The notes beneath the pieces are model-generated. The model ran no database searches and was not told the origin of the DNA. It was given only the letters and a program-made list of their open reading frames with translations. 64,000 bases of DNA, taken from contig CAVQNG010000005.1 of assembly GCA_963713825.1 (NCBI GenBank), positions 64,001 to 128,000 of the forward strand, given 5' to 3'. Source of the DNA: an uncultured Acidobacteriota bacterium. GTDB taxonomy: Bacteria; Acidobacteriota; Thermoanaerobaculia; Multivoradales; JAHEKO01. The translations under genes were made by a program, and so were the position numbers. Below are positions 43,551 through 53,965 of this stretch, in pieces (the stretch's first letter is position 1; each line of letters starts with the position of its first letter).

Positions 43551-46312
43551 ATGATCGGCACAACACTCTCTCACTTCAAGATCACCTCCAAGCTCGGCGA
43601 AGGAGGCATGGGTGCAGTGTACGAGGCCTGGGACGAGAGTCTCGAGCGCTCCGTGGCGCTCAAGATCCTGCCGCCGGAAGTCGTCCGCGATCCTGATCGA
43701 GTGCGGCGCTTCGTCCAGGAGGCGAAGTCGGCTTCGGCGCTCAGCCACCCCCACATCGTCACCATCTACGAGATCGGCGAGGCCACGCCTGAGCCCGCTG
43801 AGGGTGAATCCCCAGGACCCAGGACCCAGGACCCAGGACCTTTCTCCATTTCATCGCCATGGAGCGCATCGATGGCTCCACCTTGAAGACCAAGATCCAC
43901 GAAGAGCAGGCCTCTGCGAAGGACCTGCTTCGATGGTTGGGACAGGCGGCAGAAGGGCTCGCCAAGGCCCACGCCGAGGGCATCGTCCACCGTGACCTCA
44001 AGCCGGACAACATCATGGTCACCCGCGACGGCTACACCAAGGTGCTGGACTTCGGGTTGGCCAAGCTGACCGAGCCGTTGACCGAGGTTAGCGACACCCA
44101 TGTGCCGACGATGGCCGGAGAGCATACGGCCGAAGGCGCCGTGATGGGGACAGTGGGCTATATGTCCCCCGAGCAGGTACAGGGCAAGAGGGTCGACTAC
44201 CGAACCGACATCTTCTCGTTCGGTTGCCTGCTCTACGAGGCCATGACCAGGAAGCGGCCGTTCGAGGGCGAGACGGCCGTCGACACCATGCATCAGATCC
44301 TGCGGGCTTCGCCGGCCTCACTGCGGGAGGTGAGTCCGGAGACACCGGCGGCCGTGCGGCGCGTCATTCGTCGCTGTCTAGCCAAAGATCCCGAACGGCG
44401 GTATCAATCAATGAAGGATCTCGGCCTGGGGTTGGCGGACCTGGTCGACGAGTGGGATGAGTTGGCGTCGAGGACCGATTCGGTCTCCTCAAGTGCCAGT
44501 GGTTCGCTCGCACCGATCTCGGCGCCCCCTGATCGCAAGCGTTGGCTCGGTCTGGCCGCTGCTCTCACCATCGGCGCCGTGCTCGCGTTTGCTGTTCTCC
44601 AGCTCGTACGTGGTTCGAATCCGCCACCTGTAGCTTCTGTCCAGCCGATCGCGAGCTTCTCGCGAGTCACCCAACAGCCAGGTGTCGAGCGCGAGCCGGG
44701 CCTCTCTTCGGATGGCCGCTACGCGGCCTACGTCAGCGATGCGGAGGGGGAGGACGACATCTACCTCCTACGCGTCGGGGGGCGGAACCCGGTGAACTTG
44801 ACCGAGGGCTCTGGCGCCAACAACGGGGCACCGGCCTTCTCACCCAATGGCGAGCAGATCGCTTTCCACTCGGACCGCGACGGTGGTGGGGTCTTCGTCA
44901 TGGGGGCGACCGGCGAGTCGGTTCGCCGATTGACGGACAATGGTTTCAACCCAACCTGGTCGCCAGACGGACAGAGAATCGCCTTTGCTACTGAGAGGCA
45001 CTCGGATCCCTATGGGAGAACCGCGAAGAGTGAGCTATGGGTAGTGGAGCTGACTGGCGGTGAGCCAAAGAGGATCTCAGAGGGTGACGCAATGCAGCCG
45101 GCCTGGTCGCCAGACGGACAGGCGATCGCCTTCTGGGGGATTCGAGAGTTCGACGGCGGGGGAGCTCAGCGTGAGATCGGGATCGTCAGTGCCGAGGGCG
45201 GGGAGCCAACATGGATCACCGAGGACCTGGCCGTCGACTGGAGTCCAGTGTGGTCCCCCGAGAGTGAGTCTCTCTACTACATCAGCGACCGAGGTGGCAG
45301 CGCCAACATCTGGCGAATCGATGTGTATCCAGCTTCCGGTGAAGCTACGAGCCAGCCCAGGCCGTTGACGGCACCTTCCCGATTGGTGAGCCGGATCGCC
45401 ATTTCTGGCGACGGCAATCAGCTCGTCTTCACCGATGAGAACGTCTCCTCGAATGTCGCTCTCGTTGAGCTCGATTCCGCCAGCGGTGCCGGATTGCCGG
45501 TGGCAGTAACACGCGGCAGCAGCGAGTTCGTTCAGGCTCAGGCTTCGCCCGATGGCGAGTGGGTGGCATTTCGCTCGGCAGGCAGCCAGGAGGATCTCTA
45601 CGTCGTTCGTGCCGATGGTAGCGACCTGCTGCAGCTGACCGACGACTCCGCCAAGGACCGGCGACCCAGCTGGTCGCCTGTTGGTGGGCAGATCCTCTTC
45701 TACTCCGACCGCAGTGGGCGCTACGAGTTCTGGGCCATGAACCGCGATGGCTCGGGGCTCGAGCAGTTGACCGCAGGCGAAGGCGATTCATTCTTCTATC
45801 CGAAATGGTCGCCGGATGGAGGGAAGATCAGCGCCACGACCTCGAGCGCGAGTGCTATCTGGGATCTGAGTCTGGCGAAACCAGCTCGTGACTACGAGCT
45901 CTTGCCTCCGATCGACAAGGACGGAAGATATCTGTTCGATCCCGAGTGGTCTCCCGATGGCACGCGACTCGCCGGTGTTGTCCTGCGGGCCAATCAGGCA
46001 CCGAGTGGAAATGAGGGCATCGCGATCTACTCGTTGGATTCGGGAGAGTACGAGGTCATCTACGAGCCATTGGAGGGAATCGAAGTCCAGGGAGCCTTCT
46101 GGAGAAGGGATGGTCTCGGTCTGTTCCTCGAGCTCAGAAGGTCGGATGACTCCGGCTTGCTGGCCATTCTGGATCTGCAGAGCGGAGGCGTCGAAGAGCT
46201 ATGGACTGCTCCCGAGGGAGCCTTCGACTTTCGGCCTTCTGCGGACGGCAAGACCGTGTACTTCATTCAAGGAGTCGAAGAAACGGACCTCTGGCTCGCC
46301 ACGTTCGAATAG
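43551..46312 (+). CDS. Ser/Thr protein kinase K9: kinase + TM + PD40 beta-propeller; frameshifted at a heptamer tract
   Basis: Subdomains I-IV are in the frame starting at 43551; subdomains V-XI and the ectodomain are in ORF 43859-46312. Confidence 0.92.
43811..43840 (+). repeat. (CCCAGGA)4 CC perfect heptamer tandem repeat
   Basis: Read directly from the sequence. Confidence 0.95.
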
Positions 46313-46429
46313 GGACCAGGCCCCAGCGAGACACCGCACCATAGTTTCGGTACAATCACGCTCCCCGAGCCTGAAGAGTTGAATTTTCCGGGCTCGAATC
46401 TCACTAACCATCGAAGGGAGAATCACCGT

Positions 46430-46915
46430 ATGAAGAAGCTTGCATTCTGGGCTCTCGCCCTGACAGTAGTCCTCGTCGCTTTTCCGGCCATGGCTCAGGA
46501 AGACCAGATGACCGAGGAAGAGATCATCGAGTTGGTCCGCAGCAACATCCAGAAGGACAAGGTCGCCATCATCGGTGCGGCGATGGACTTCAGTGCCGAC
46601 GAGGCCGGCAAATTCTGGCCGATCTACAAAGGCTACGAGACCGAACTGACCAACGTCAGCAACCAGCGGGTTGCCCTGATCAAGGATTTCGCGGCCAACT
46701 TCGAGACGATGACGGATGCCAAGGCCAAAGAGCTCGGGGAGACGGCGATGGGCATCGAGAAGCAGCGCATGAAGCTCAAGCACGCCTGCTTCGAGAAGCT
46801 CGCCTCCGAGATGTCTCCGGTTATTGCGACCCGATTCCTCCAGGTCGAGAACCAGCTCAACATGCTGCTCGACCTGCAGCTCGCTCAGCAGCTGCCGCTG
46901 ATCGAAAAGCCGTAG
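46430..46915 (+). CDS. Secreted alpha-helical hypothetical protein
   Basis: MKKLAFWAL signal peptide; FWPIYKGYE and RFLQVENQL motifs. Confidence 0.8.
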   Translation: MKKLAFWALALTVVLVAFPAMAQEDQMTEEEIIELVRSNIQKDKVAIIGAAMDFSADEAGKFWPIYKGYETELTNVSNQRVALIKDFAANFETMTDAKAKELGETAMGIEKQRMKLKHACFEKLASEMSPVIATRFLQVENQLNMLLDLQLAQQLPLIEKP

Positions 46916-46938
46916 CAGCCCCTGAGTAGGAAGTTCCT

Positions 46939-46973
46939 GGGACACCCGGCCTTGGAGGCTGGGTGTCCTTTTT
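46939..46973 (+). terminator. Rho-independent terminator
   Basis: GGGACACCCGGCC-TTGGA-GGCTGGGTGTCCT stem followed by a T run. Confidence 0.8.
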
Positions 46974-47047
46974 CCTGCCGGTAGAATTGGCTTGACCGAA
47001 ACGACGTCTGCAAGCGGTTTGCGGACGCCTTCAAAGGAATCGGGGAG

Positions 47048-48283
47048 ATGTTCCAACAGAAGTCGAAGCGATATCTCGCAGGCGTATTGCTGCTGTTTTT
47101 CGTAGCTGCCACCCCCTCGTTTTCTCAAGAGACCACCGACTCTGCTGATGAGCCGGAGCACTGGGCAGGAGTCGAGCTGGTCGAGGCAGTCTCGCAGACC
47201 ACGGGGATCGCCATCTCGCCGCTGTTCGGCGTCGGCGCTCTGGGAGCCTGGACCTGGTTTCAGACTCCCAGTGCGCAAAGAGATGCGCTGCCGTGGTTCG
47301 CTCAGGAGTGGTTCTGGCTGCCGGCGCTCCTCCTCGTGCTGCTGCTCGTGGCCAAAGACCCCCTGCTCGGCTGGATTCCAATCATCAAGAAGCCGCTGGA
47401 CGCCCTGGATGTTGTGGAGGACAAGTTCAGCGCGGTGCTCGCCAGCGCCGTGGTGATCCCGATGTTGATCTCGGTGTTCTCGAGTGCTGTGCCTTCGGAG
47501 ACGGCCTCCGCGACTGCCGCATCTCCGTTCCTGCTGGCGATCACGATGCCAGCGTTTCTCTCCGGAGCGCTGGGTAAGGCAATTATCGTTTTCGCCGTGA
47601 TCGGCATGATGGCGGCGTTCTTCGTCACCTGGTTGGCGTCTCACACCATCAATGTGCTGATTCTCCTGAGTCCCTTCGGACCCCTCGACATGGTGCTGCG
47701 CGCCATCAAGGGCCTGGTGCTCGGGACTCTGGTTATCGCCACGATGATCGCCCCTGTTCTGGGCCTGATCGTCTCGGTGGTGATCATCCTGTTCGCCTGG
47801 AGAGTTTCCGGTTGGACGTTTCGCTTCACGGTCTTCGGCTCGATCTTCGGCTGGGACATCCTGATGCTGGCTCACCGGCGATTCGATGCGGGCGCCGAGG
47901 CGATCAAGGCCTTCAGCGGTCGGGGTCTGGGTGATCTGCCACCGCGCACCTACGGCGAGCTGCGATCGGACGGCCAGGGTGGGCAGGTCTTCGGCTATCA
48001 CCCTTGGCTGCTGTTCCCCGAGAGACGGTACCAGGTGCCAGTTGGAGACAAAGTCGTCGGCAAGGGACTGCTGGCCCCGGTCCTGGTCGCGGCCAGAGCG
48101 GAGGAGAGCCAGGGTCAGATCGATGTGCGCTTTCCACCCCGCTGTCTGGGTCATGAAGAAACGCTCGCCGAGAGGCTCGGCGCCAAGGAGGTCCGCCTCC
48201 TCGGTGTTCGCCGAAGCTTCAGCACTCTCAGGCGTTGGTTACGCGAGATCGTGAGCGGTAACGGTGAGCCGGCCACCGGGTAA
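47048..48283 (+). CDS. Multi-pass membrane hypothetical protein
   Basis: 411-aa ORF with signal peptide and several TM segments. Confidence 0.78.
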   Translation: MFQQKSKRYLAGVLLLFFVAATPSFSQETTDSADEPEHWAGVELVEAVSQTTGIAISPLFGVGALGAWTWFQTPSAQRDALPWFAQEWFWLPALLLVLLLVAKDPLLGWIPIIKKPLDALDVVEDKFSAVLASAVVIPMLISVFSSAVPSETASATAASPFLLAITMPAFLSGALGKAIIVFAVIGMMAAFFVTWLASHTINVLILLSPFGPLDMVLRAIKGLVLGTLVIATMIAPVLGLIVSVVIILFAWRVSGWTFRFTVFGSIFGWDILMLAHRRFDAGAEAIKAFSGRGLGDLPPRTYGELRSDGQGGQVFGYHPWLLFPERRYQVPVGDKVVGKGLLAPVLVAARAEESQGQIDVRFPPRCLGHEETLAERLGAKEVRLLGVRRSFSTLRRWLREIVSGNGEPATG

Positions 48284-48289
48284 ATCCCG

Positions 48290-48680
48290 GTCAGCCGGCT
48301 CCTGCGCGGCCAGGATCATGGGATCAGACCGGCCGGCACGCCGTTCGGGTAGATCTCATCGATGGACTCTTCGATGATCGCGATCCTGTTCCCGGTGCTG
48401 GGGTGCGTGCTCATGAACTCCGATCATGGCGCGGGGGTCGTAGCCGGCGTCGGACATGAGCTTGACCCCCAGCTCATCGGATTGGAGCTCGTCCTCTCGC
48501 CCGTACCGATGACGATCGAGGCGAGCAGCCGGATCGACACCCAGGCGTTGCCCCGTAGAGGACTGGTGTCAGCAGAAGATTGACGACCAGAAACGCGGTG
48601 CCTCCGATCAATCCTGCCCAGATCGCCGCGCTCCAGTCGACGAGCTGACGCCTGCGCGGGCTGGTCTCTCCCTGGCTCAT
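48290..48680 (-). pseudogene. Degraded or indel-damaged membrane protein gene
   Basis: AAGGAGG RBS and MSQGET...DWSAAIWAGLIGGTAFL, after which the frame breaks. Confidence 0.4.
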
Positions 48681-48933
48681 GATGTCTCCTCCTTGCCTGT
48701 AGACCCCGATCTTATCGATCGGTGCGGGCCTCTCCACAGCGCCGTCGCAACGGCACCTCCAAGCACGAGCGAAGCTGAAGCCCCCAGAGATTCCTGCGCA
48801 CCATGCGGAGATTCAACTCACCCTCACACACCACATCGACGGACCCACCAGGGCTACCACCAGTCCTACCACTGTCCACAACAGGTCCAACAGCCTGTCG
48901 GGCTCACGTAGGCAATCGACGGGATAGCGACGG

Positions 48934-50025
48934 CTATTGCCCCGGTTCTTTCTCGCTGTCGCTGAATCGAAGGCCGACCCAGGCACCGGGTGGTACCAGA
49001 TCGTTCTTCAGGAGCCATGCCACCAGCTCACCGGTCACCTGATCGTGAAACTCGGGGCGATTGATGATGACGTGGCCGGCCTCGATCCAGCGAATCGTCT
49101 TCGGCTCTCGAGCGGCCTCGTGCAGCAGGCGGACATTGGCCACCGGAAATCCAAGATCCTCGGTGCCGTTGAGAAAGAAGATCGGGCGCGGCGAAACCTC
49201 GCCGATGTAGCGCAGTGGCTCGACTGGCGCCGTGATGACCTTGCCCAGCCATGCTGCCGGAATCGTCATCCATGCGGGTCGGTCGAGATTGGTTCGGATG
49301 AGCGACTGGATGTCGCCACCCCCGAAGAGGACCACCAGGGCATCGATCCGGGGGTCGGTGGCCGCGACGGCAGGCGAGAGAATTGCGCCGACACTGCCGC
49401 TGGCCAGGATGATCCGATCTGGATCGACGTCGGGTCTCGACAGCAGATAGTCCAGCGCCAGCTGCGAAGCAGGCACCGTGTGGATTACGGCGCGTCGCAT
49501 TCTGGGCAGAGAGGTCAGAAACTCCAGGGTGCTCAGCCCAGATCTCTTGCCTTCGTAAGGGTAGTCGAGGGCGAAGAGCACCACGCCGTGGGTATCGGCG
49601 AGATAGTCGATGGTCCGTCGACCGGTTCGCACTCCGCCCAGAATCAAGAGAGCCGGATGTCGCTTGTTGGAGTCTTCGGGTACTCTCAGGTGCCCGATGA
49701 GCGAAAGGTCACGATCGTCCCGCAGATGGACCTCGAAGATCTCGTGTTGCTCGATGGTCTTCAGGTGCCTCACTTCTACCTTTTCCAGGGTGCCGCGCAA
49801 GCCCTCGAAGTCGCCGCTGAAGTCCCTCAGGCAATAAACCTCACCTGCCCAGTAGATGGCGAAGAGAAGCAGGAACAGGGCGCTCAGCAGTAGCAATGCC
49901 GAACGTCGTCTTCTGAGTGACCGATCTGAGCTCGATTCGGTTTCCACGGCAGCCTCCGCCCTCCCTGAGGATAGCCAGCAAAGACTTCCGAGGCCAGGCG
50001 CCTGGGTGTAGTACGATTTCGCCAC
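48934..50025 (-). CDS. Membrane-anchored alpha/beta hydrolase
   Basis: N-terminal TM; DYL.SRPDVDPDRI, GSVG nucleophile elbow, NGTED and GH motifs. Confidence 0.85.
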   Translation of the reverse strand: MAKSYYTQAPGLGSLCWLSSGRAEAAVETESSSDRSLRRRRSALLLLSALFLLLFAIYWAGEVYCLRDFSGDFEGLRGTLEKVEVRHLKTIEQHEIFEVHLRDDRDLSLIGHLRVPEDSNKRHPALLILGGVRTGRRTIDYLADTHGVVLFALDYPYEGKRSGLSTLEFLTSLPRMRRAVIHTVPASQLALDYLLSRPDVDPDRIILASGSVGAILSPAVAATDPRIDALVVLFGGGDIQSLIRTNLDRPAWMTIPAAWLGKVITAPVEPLRYIGEVSPRPIFFLNGTEDLGFPVANVRLLHEAAREPKTIRWIEAGHVIINRPEFHDQVTGELVAWLLKNDLVPPGAWVGLRFSDSEKEPGQ

Positions 50026-50087
50026 GTTTCTTGGTATCGGAGGTTGGCCGTTCGCCCGCTTGCCGGCGGTGCTGAAAGGGACCCATC

Positions 50088-52796
50088 ATGATCGGCACGA
50101 CGCTCTCTCACTTTCGAATCACCGCCAAGCTCGGCGAAGGTGGTATGGGCGAGGTGTACGAGGCCGAGGACCTGAAGCTCAAGCGCCGAGTGGCTCTCAA
50201 GGTGGTGCCCCAGGCCATGGCGGCCGATCCGGATCGCCTCCAGCGGTTTCAACGCGAGGCTGAGGCCATTGCGGCGCTGAACCACCCCAATATCGTCACC
50301 ATCTACTCGGTAGAAGCCGCTGAGCAGGCGGAGGATGGAACCGCCGTCCATTTCCTGACGATGGAGCTGGTGGACGGTGAGAGCCTCGAAAAGGTCCTGC
50401 CGCGTGGTGGTTGGAACATGTCCAAGGTTCTGGACATAGCCATCCCGTTGGCCGACGCCCTGGGCGTCGCGCACGAAAAGGGGATTATTCATCGTGACCT
50501 GAAGCCGGCCAACGTCATGTTGACGGGCGAGAACCGTGTCAAGGTGCTTGATTTCGGATTGGCGAAGCTGGCCTCGGAAAAGCCAGCGGGCTCAGAGAAC
50601 ACACCTGCCAAGGAGATGGGTACCCACCTCGCGACTCTCACCGAGGAGGGACTGGTGATGGGCACGGCGCCCTACATGTCTCCAGAACAGGCGAGAGGAC
50701 AGGCGGTGGATTCGCGCTCCGACATCTTCTCCTTGGGCTGCATGCTCTACGAGGCTGCCACCGGGGTGCGGCCGTTTCAAGGCGATTCGGCGATCGACAC
50801 CCTGCACCAGGTCATGTACTCGGAGCCGGAGCCTCTGGCGGAGAGAGCTCCCAACGCACCGTTGCAGCTGCAGTGGATTCTGAGGAAAGCGCTGGCCAAG
50901 GCGCCGGAGGACCGTTACCAGTCGACTCGCGACCTGGCGGTGGATCTGAAGATCCTGAAGCGGGATCTCGAATCGGACCCACAGTTGGCGACGCTCAGCA
51001 GCGGTGCAATCCGCCCTCCGCAACCAGGCTCGAAGTGGCAATCGAAGTCGAGGGTTGCAGCGCTCGCCGTTGTGGCAATGATCGCCGTTGGGGCGGTCGC
51101 CTGGTTTCTGGGACGCAGTTCCGTGATCCCGGCTGTCGAGTTGCCGGTAGCGGCATCAGCGATCTCTGTACAGCCCATCACGTCGAGCGGCGATGTCATC
51201 GCGGCGGCGATCTCGCCCGACGGCAGACTCGTGACCTACGTGCGATCCAGCCAGGGTGAACAAAGCCTTCACCTCCGGCAGATGGGGAGTGCCCAGAGTC
51301 TGGAGCTCATTCCCGCTCGCACAGCGGCTTACTGGGGCGTTTCCTTCACCAAGGACGCAACTGCCGTTGTCTATGGCGAGAAAACGGCCGAGGATCTCGA
51401 GGGTGCCTTGTTCGAGATCTCGACTCTGGGCGGCACTCCGAAGAGGCTCGTGGTCGGCATCGACAGCGCTCCCACCTTTTCGCCCGATGGCCAGCAGATG
51501 GCCTGGGTGCGGGCTCGCTTTCCGACTCAGAATGAGAGCGCACTCATGATCGCCACGGCGGACGGAGGCAGTTCTCAGGTGCTGGCGACTCGCCAGGAGC
51601 CAGAGCTCTTTGCACCCATCTTCCATGTCAGGCCATCTTGGTCGCCAGACGGTCGATTGATAGCTACAGCCGTTCAGAAGTACTTCCCCGAGAGGCATGG
51701 AAGGATCTTGGCATTCGATGCCGAATCAGGAGAGGTCGAGTGGGAGGCCGATCACGACTGGAGCTGGGTCGCCGCGGTCGACTGGCTTCCCGAAGGGGAT
51801 GGCCTGATGGCGATCGCAGAGCGGCAGGGCAGCAGTGAAGCCCAGGTCTGGCTCGTTCCCTATCCTGAAGGGGCTGCACGCCAGGTAACCCGCGATCTGT
51901 TCGAGTACCGGGTTGCAAGTGTGACAGCAGATGGCAGCTCTCTGTTGACGATTCCAGCCGATGCCGATTCCGCCATCTGGATGCTGCCGAACGACTCGAC
52001 AGCACGCCCCCGAAAGCTCTCCCAGTCGAGGCTCGATGGGTACTTCGGGTTTGCCTTTACGCCAGACGGCAGGATCGTCTACCAGACGATGGAGGCAGGG
52101 CAGCTCGACCTGGCGATCATGAGCTCCGACGGCTCAGGACGACAGCCGCTGACCAACGATCAGGAGTCGGACTACTACCCTCGAGTGACTCAGGATGGCT
52201 GGGTGGTGTATTCGCATGAGACATCCTCTGGTTCAGAGCTGCGCAGAATCCGATTGGACGGCAGTGACATGCAGGTGATTGCCGCGTCTGCACCGCGGAG
52301 CAAGCCGTCGCTCTCACCCGACGGGGATTGGCTGGTCTACGAAGTTGTTCGGAACGGGGTCTACACGCTTTGGAGGAGCCCGATCGAGGGCGGCACCGTC
52401 GAGCAGCTGACCGACTACGAGTCCTTCAAACCTGCGGTTTCTCCCGACGGTTCCAGGCTTGCGTTCTACACGATAGATGAAGAGACGGGGCAGTTCAAGA
52501 TCGGCGTTACACCGATCGAGGGAGGCACGCCGGAGATCCTGCTCAATGCAGAACCACCGTACTCCGGATCTATCATCGAGTGGGCGGAAGACGGGCAGGC
52601 ACTGTTGATCAATACGGTGCAGAGCGATCGGGCGAATCTCTGGCGGCAGCCGTTGGACGGCAGCGAGCCCGAGCCGCTGACCAGCTTCGATGAGGACCGA
52701 CTGCACTGGTACGAGTTGGCACCCGACGGAGAAACCTTGGTGGTTAGTCGCGGCAGTCTCACCAGGGATGCGGTTCTGATCGAGAACTTCCGTTGA
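50088..52796 (+). CDS. Ser/Thr protein kinase K10: kinase + TM + PD40 beta-propeller
   Basis: 902-aa ORF with [21 protein letters not shown] start, all Hanks motifs and SPDG repeats. Confidence 0.96.
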   Translation: MIGTTLSHFRITAKLGEGGMGEVYEAEDLKLKRRVALKVVPQAMAADPDRLQRFQREAEAIAALNHPNIVTIYSVEAAEQAEDGTAVHFLTMELVDGESLEKVLPRGGWNMSKVLDIAIPLADALGVAHEKGIIHRDLKPANVMLTGENRVKVLDFGLAKLASEKPAGSENTPAKEMGTHLATLTEEGLVMGTAPYMSPEQARGQAVDSRSDIFSLGCMLYEAATGVRPFQGDSAIDTLHQVMYSEPEPLAERAPNAPLQLQWILRKALAKAPEDRYQSTRDLAVDLKILKRDLESDPQLATLSSGAIRPPQPGSKWQSKSRVAALAVVAMIAVGAVAWFLGRSSVIPAVELPVAASAISVQPITSSGDVIAAAISPDGRLVTYVRSSQGEQSLHLRQMGSAQSLELIPARTAAYWGVSFTKDATAVVYGEKTAEDLEGALFEISTLGGTPKRLVVGIDSAPTFSPDGQQMAWVRARFPTQNESALMIATADGGSSQVLATRQEPELFAPIFHVRPSWSPDGRLIATAVQKYFPERHGRILAFDAESGEVEWEADHDWSWVAAVDWLPEGDGLMAIAERQGSSEAQVWLVPYPEGAARQVTRDLFEYRVASVTADGSSLLTIPADADSAIWMLPNDSTARPRKLSQSRLDGYFGFAFTPDGRIVYQTMEAGQLDLAIMSSDGSGRQPLTNDQESDYYPRVTQDGWVVYSHETSSGSELRRIRLDGSDMQVIAASAPRSKPSLSPDGDWLVYEVVRNGVYTLWRSPIEGGTVEQLTDYESFKPAVSPDGSRLAFYTIDEETGQFKIGVTPIEGGTPEILLNAEPPYSGSIIEWAEDGQALLINTVQSDRANLWRQPLDGSEPEPLTSFDEDRLHWYELAPDGETLVVSRGSLTRDAVLIENFR

Positions 52797-52800
52797 GACG

Positions 52801-52875
52801 ATGATCGGCACGACGCTGAAGCGAAGGCGAACGTCTCTCGCCTATCGCAGCCTGAAGGTCAGGGTGGATCCATGA
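52801..52875 (+). pseudogene. Kinase N-terminal stub 3 (17-bp exact repeat of the K10 start)
   Basis: ATGATCGGCACGACGCT at 52801-52817 equals 50088-50104. It starts 4 nt after the K10 stop, and its 24-aa frame ends in an ATGA overlap with the next gene. Confidence 0.75.
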
Positions 52876-53921
52876 AGAGCCTCGTTCTGGTCGGGAAGGT
52901 ACTCAGTCCGACCTTGAGGTCCGAGATCGCTAGCGGAGCTGCACCCCGCGACGTGTCGCTGGAGCTGGCCCGAATCCTGGGAGCGGAGGTGCTGGACTAC
53001 CGGGATGTCGCGAATGCCACGGAACCGGCGGTGCTTGCCGCCCGGATCCGCTCACCGGCGTGGGGACTGGCGGCTCTGGCGGCGCTACGACGGGACCGCT
53101 ACGACGATTTATTCGCTACCGGCGAGGATGTCGGCATTCCTCTGGCTTTTGTCCTGAAGGCACTCCGCGTCCGGCGACGACTGACGGTCGTCGTCCACAA
53201 CGGTGGGGCTCTGAGCCGCCGAGCATCCATCCCGTTGCTCGGCAGAGAAGCCTGGAGTCATCTCATTTGCCTCAGCGACGAGCAACGCCGGGTTCTGGTC
53301 GAGCAGCTGGGTGACGCCACCGGCCTGATTCACCGCCTGGACAAGTGGGTCGATACGGAGTTCTTCGATCCTGGCAGATCGGCTGCGGAAGAGGGCGAGG
53401 GTTATGTGTTCTCCTGCGGAAGAGAGAAGCGCGACTATGGCACCCTCCAACGGGCAGCCGAGAAGGTCCCCTATCCCTTCTGGGTCGTGGCCTCTGGATG
53501 GTGGCCGCAACCCGGTTTTCGCCCTTTCGAGGGCGTGATCCCCACCGCCAACGTTCGCGTCGATCGAGCAACGCTGAGCTACAGCCAGCTGCGTGACGCC
53601 TACGCCGGTGCCCGTTTCGTGGTTGTGTCTGTGGAGCCAGTTGACTACGCGGCGGGAGTGAGCACGGTTTTCGAGGCGCTGGCGATGGGTAAAGCGGTCA
53701 TAGCGACTGCGTCGCCGGGCATTGCCGAGTTTGTGGAGGACCAGGTCAACGGCCTGGTGGTTCCACCTGGTGATGCCGATGCACTGGCCAGAGCGATCGA
53801 CTCCTTGTGGGCAAGCCCGGATCGATGCGAGGAGATGGGTCGACGCAACCGCCGGCTGGCCGAGACTGTCTACAGTTTCAACCGATACGTCTCCACGGTG
53901 GCTCGGCTGATGTCCGAATAG
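52872..53921 (+). CDS. Glycosyltransferase family 4 (GT-B)
   Basis: VDTEFF, GREKRDY, EALAMGKAVIAT and GLVVPPGD motifs. Confidence 0.92.
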   Translation: MKSLVLVGKVLSPTLRSEIASGAAPRDVSLELARILGAEVLDYRDVANATEPAVLAARIRSPAWGLAALAALRRDRYDDLFATGEDVGIPLAFVLKALRVRRRLTVVVHNGGALSRRASIPLLGREAWSHLICLSDEQRRVLVEQLGDATGLIHRLDKWVDTEFFDPGRSAAEEGEGYVFSCGREKRDYGTLQRAAEKVPYPFWVVASGWWPQPGFRPFEGVIPTANVRVDRATLSYSQLRDAYAGARFVVVSVEPVDYAAGVSTVFEALAMGKAVIATASPGIAEFVEDQVNGLVVPPGDADALARAIDSLWASPDRCEEMGRRNRRLAETVYSFNRYVSTVARLMSE

Positions 53922-53965
53922 CGGCGCGAGAATCTGACGGGCCAGCTGGTCAACTTCTCCCTACA

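Noticed and set aside
46199-48154. Long antisense ORFs (651 aa here, 652 aa at 53807-55765, and others)
   Set aside because: They are shadows of real genes on the opposite strand, expected with high-GC codon bias, and have no recognisable motifs.
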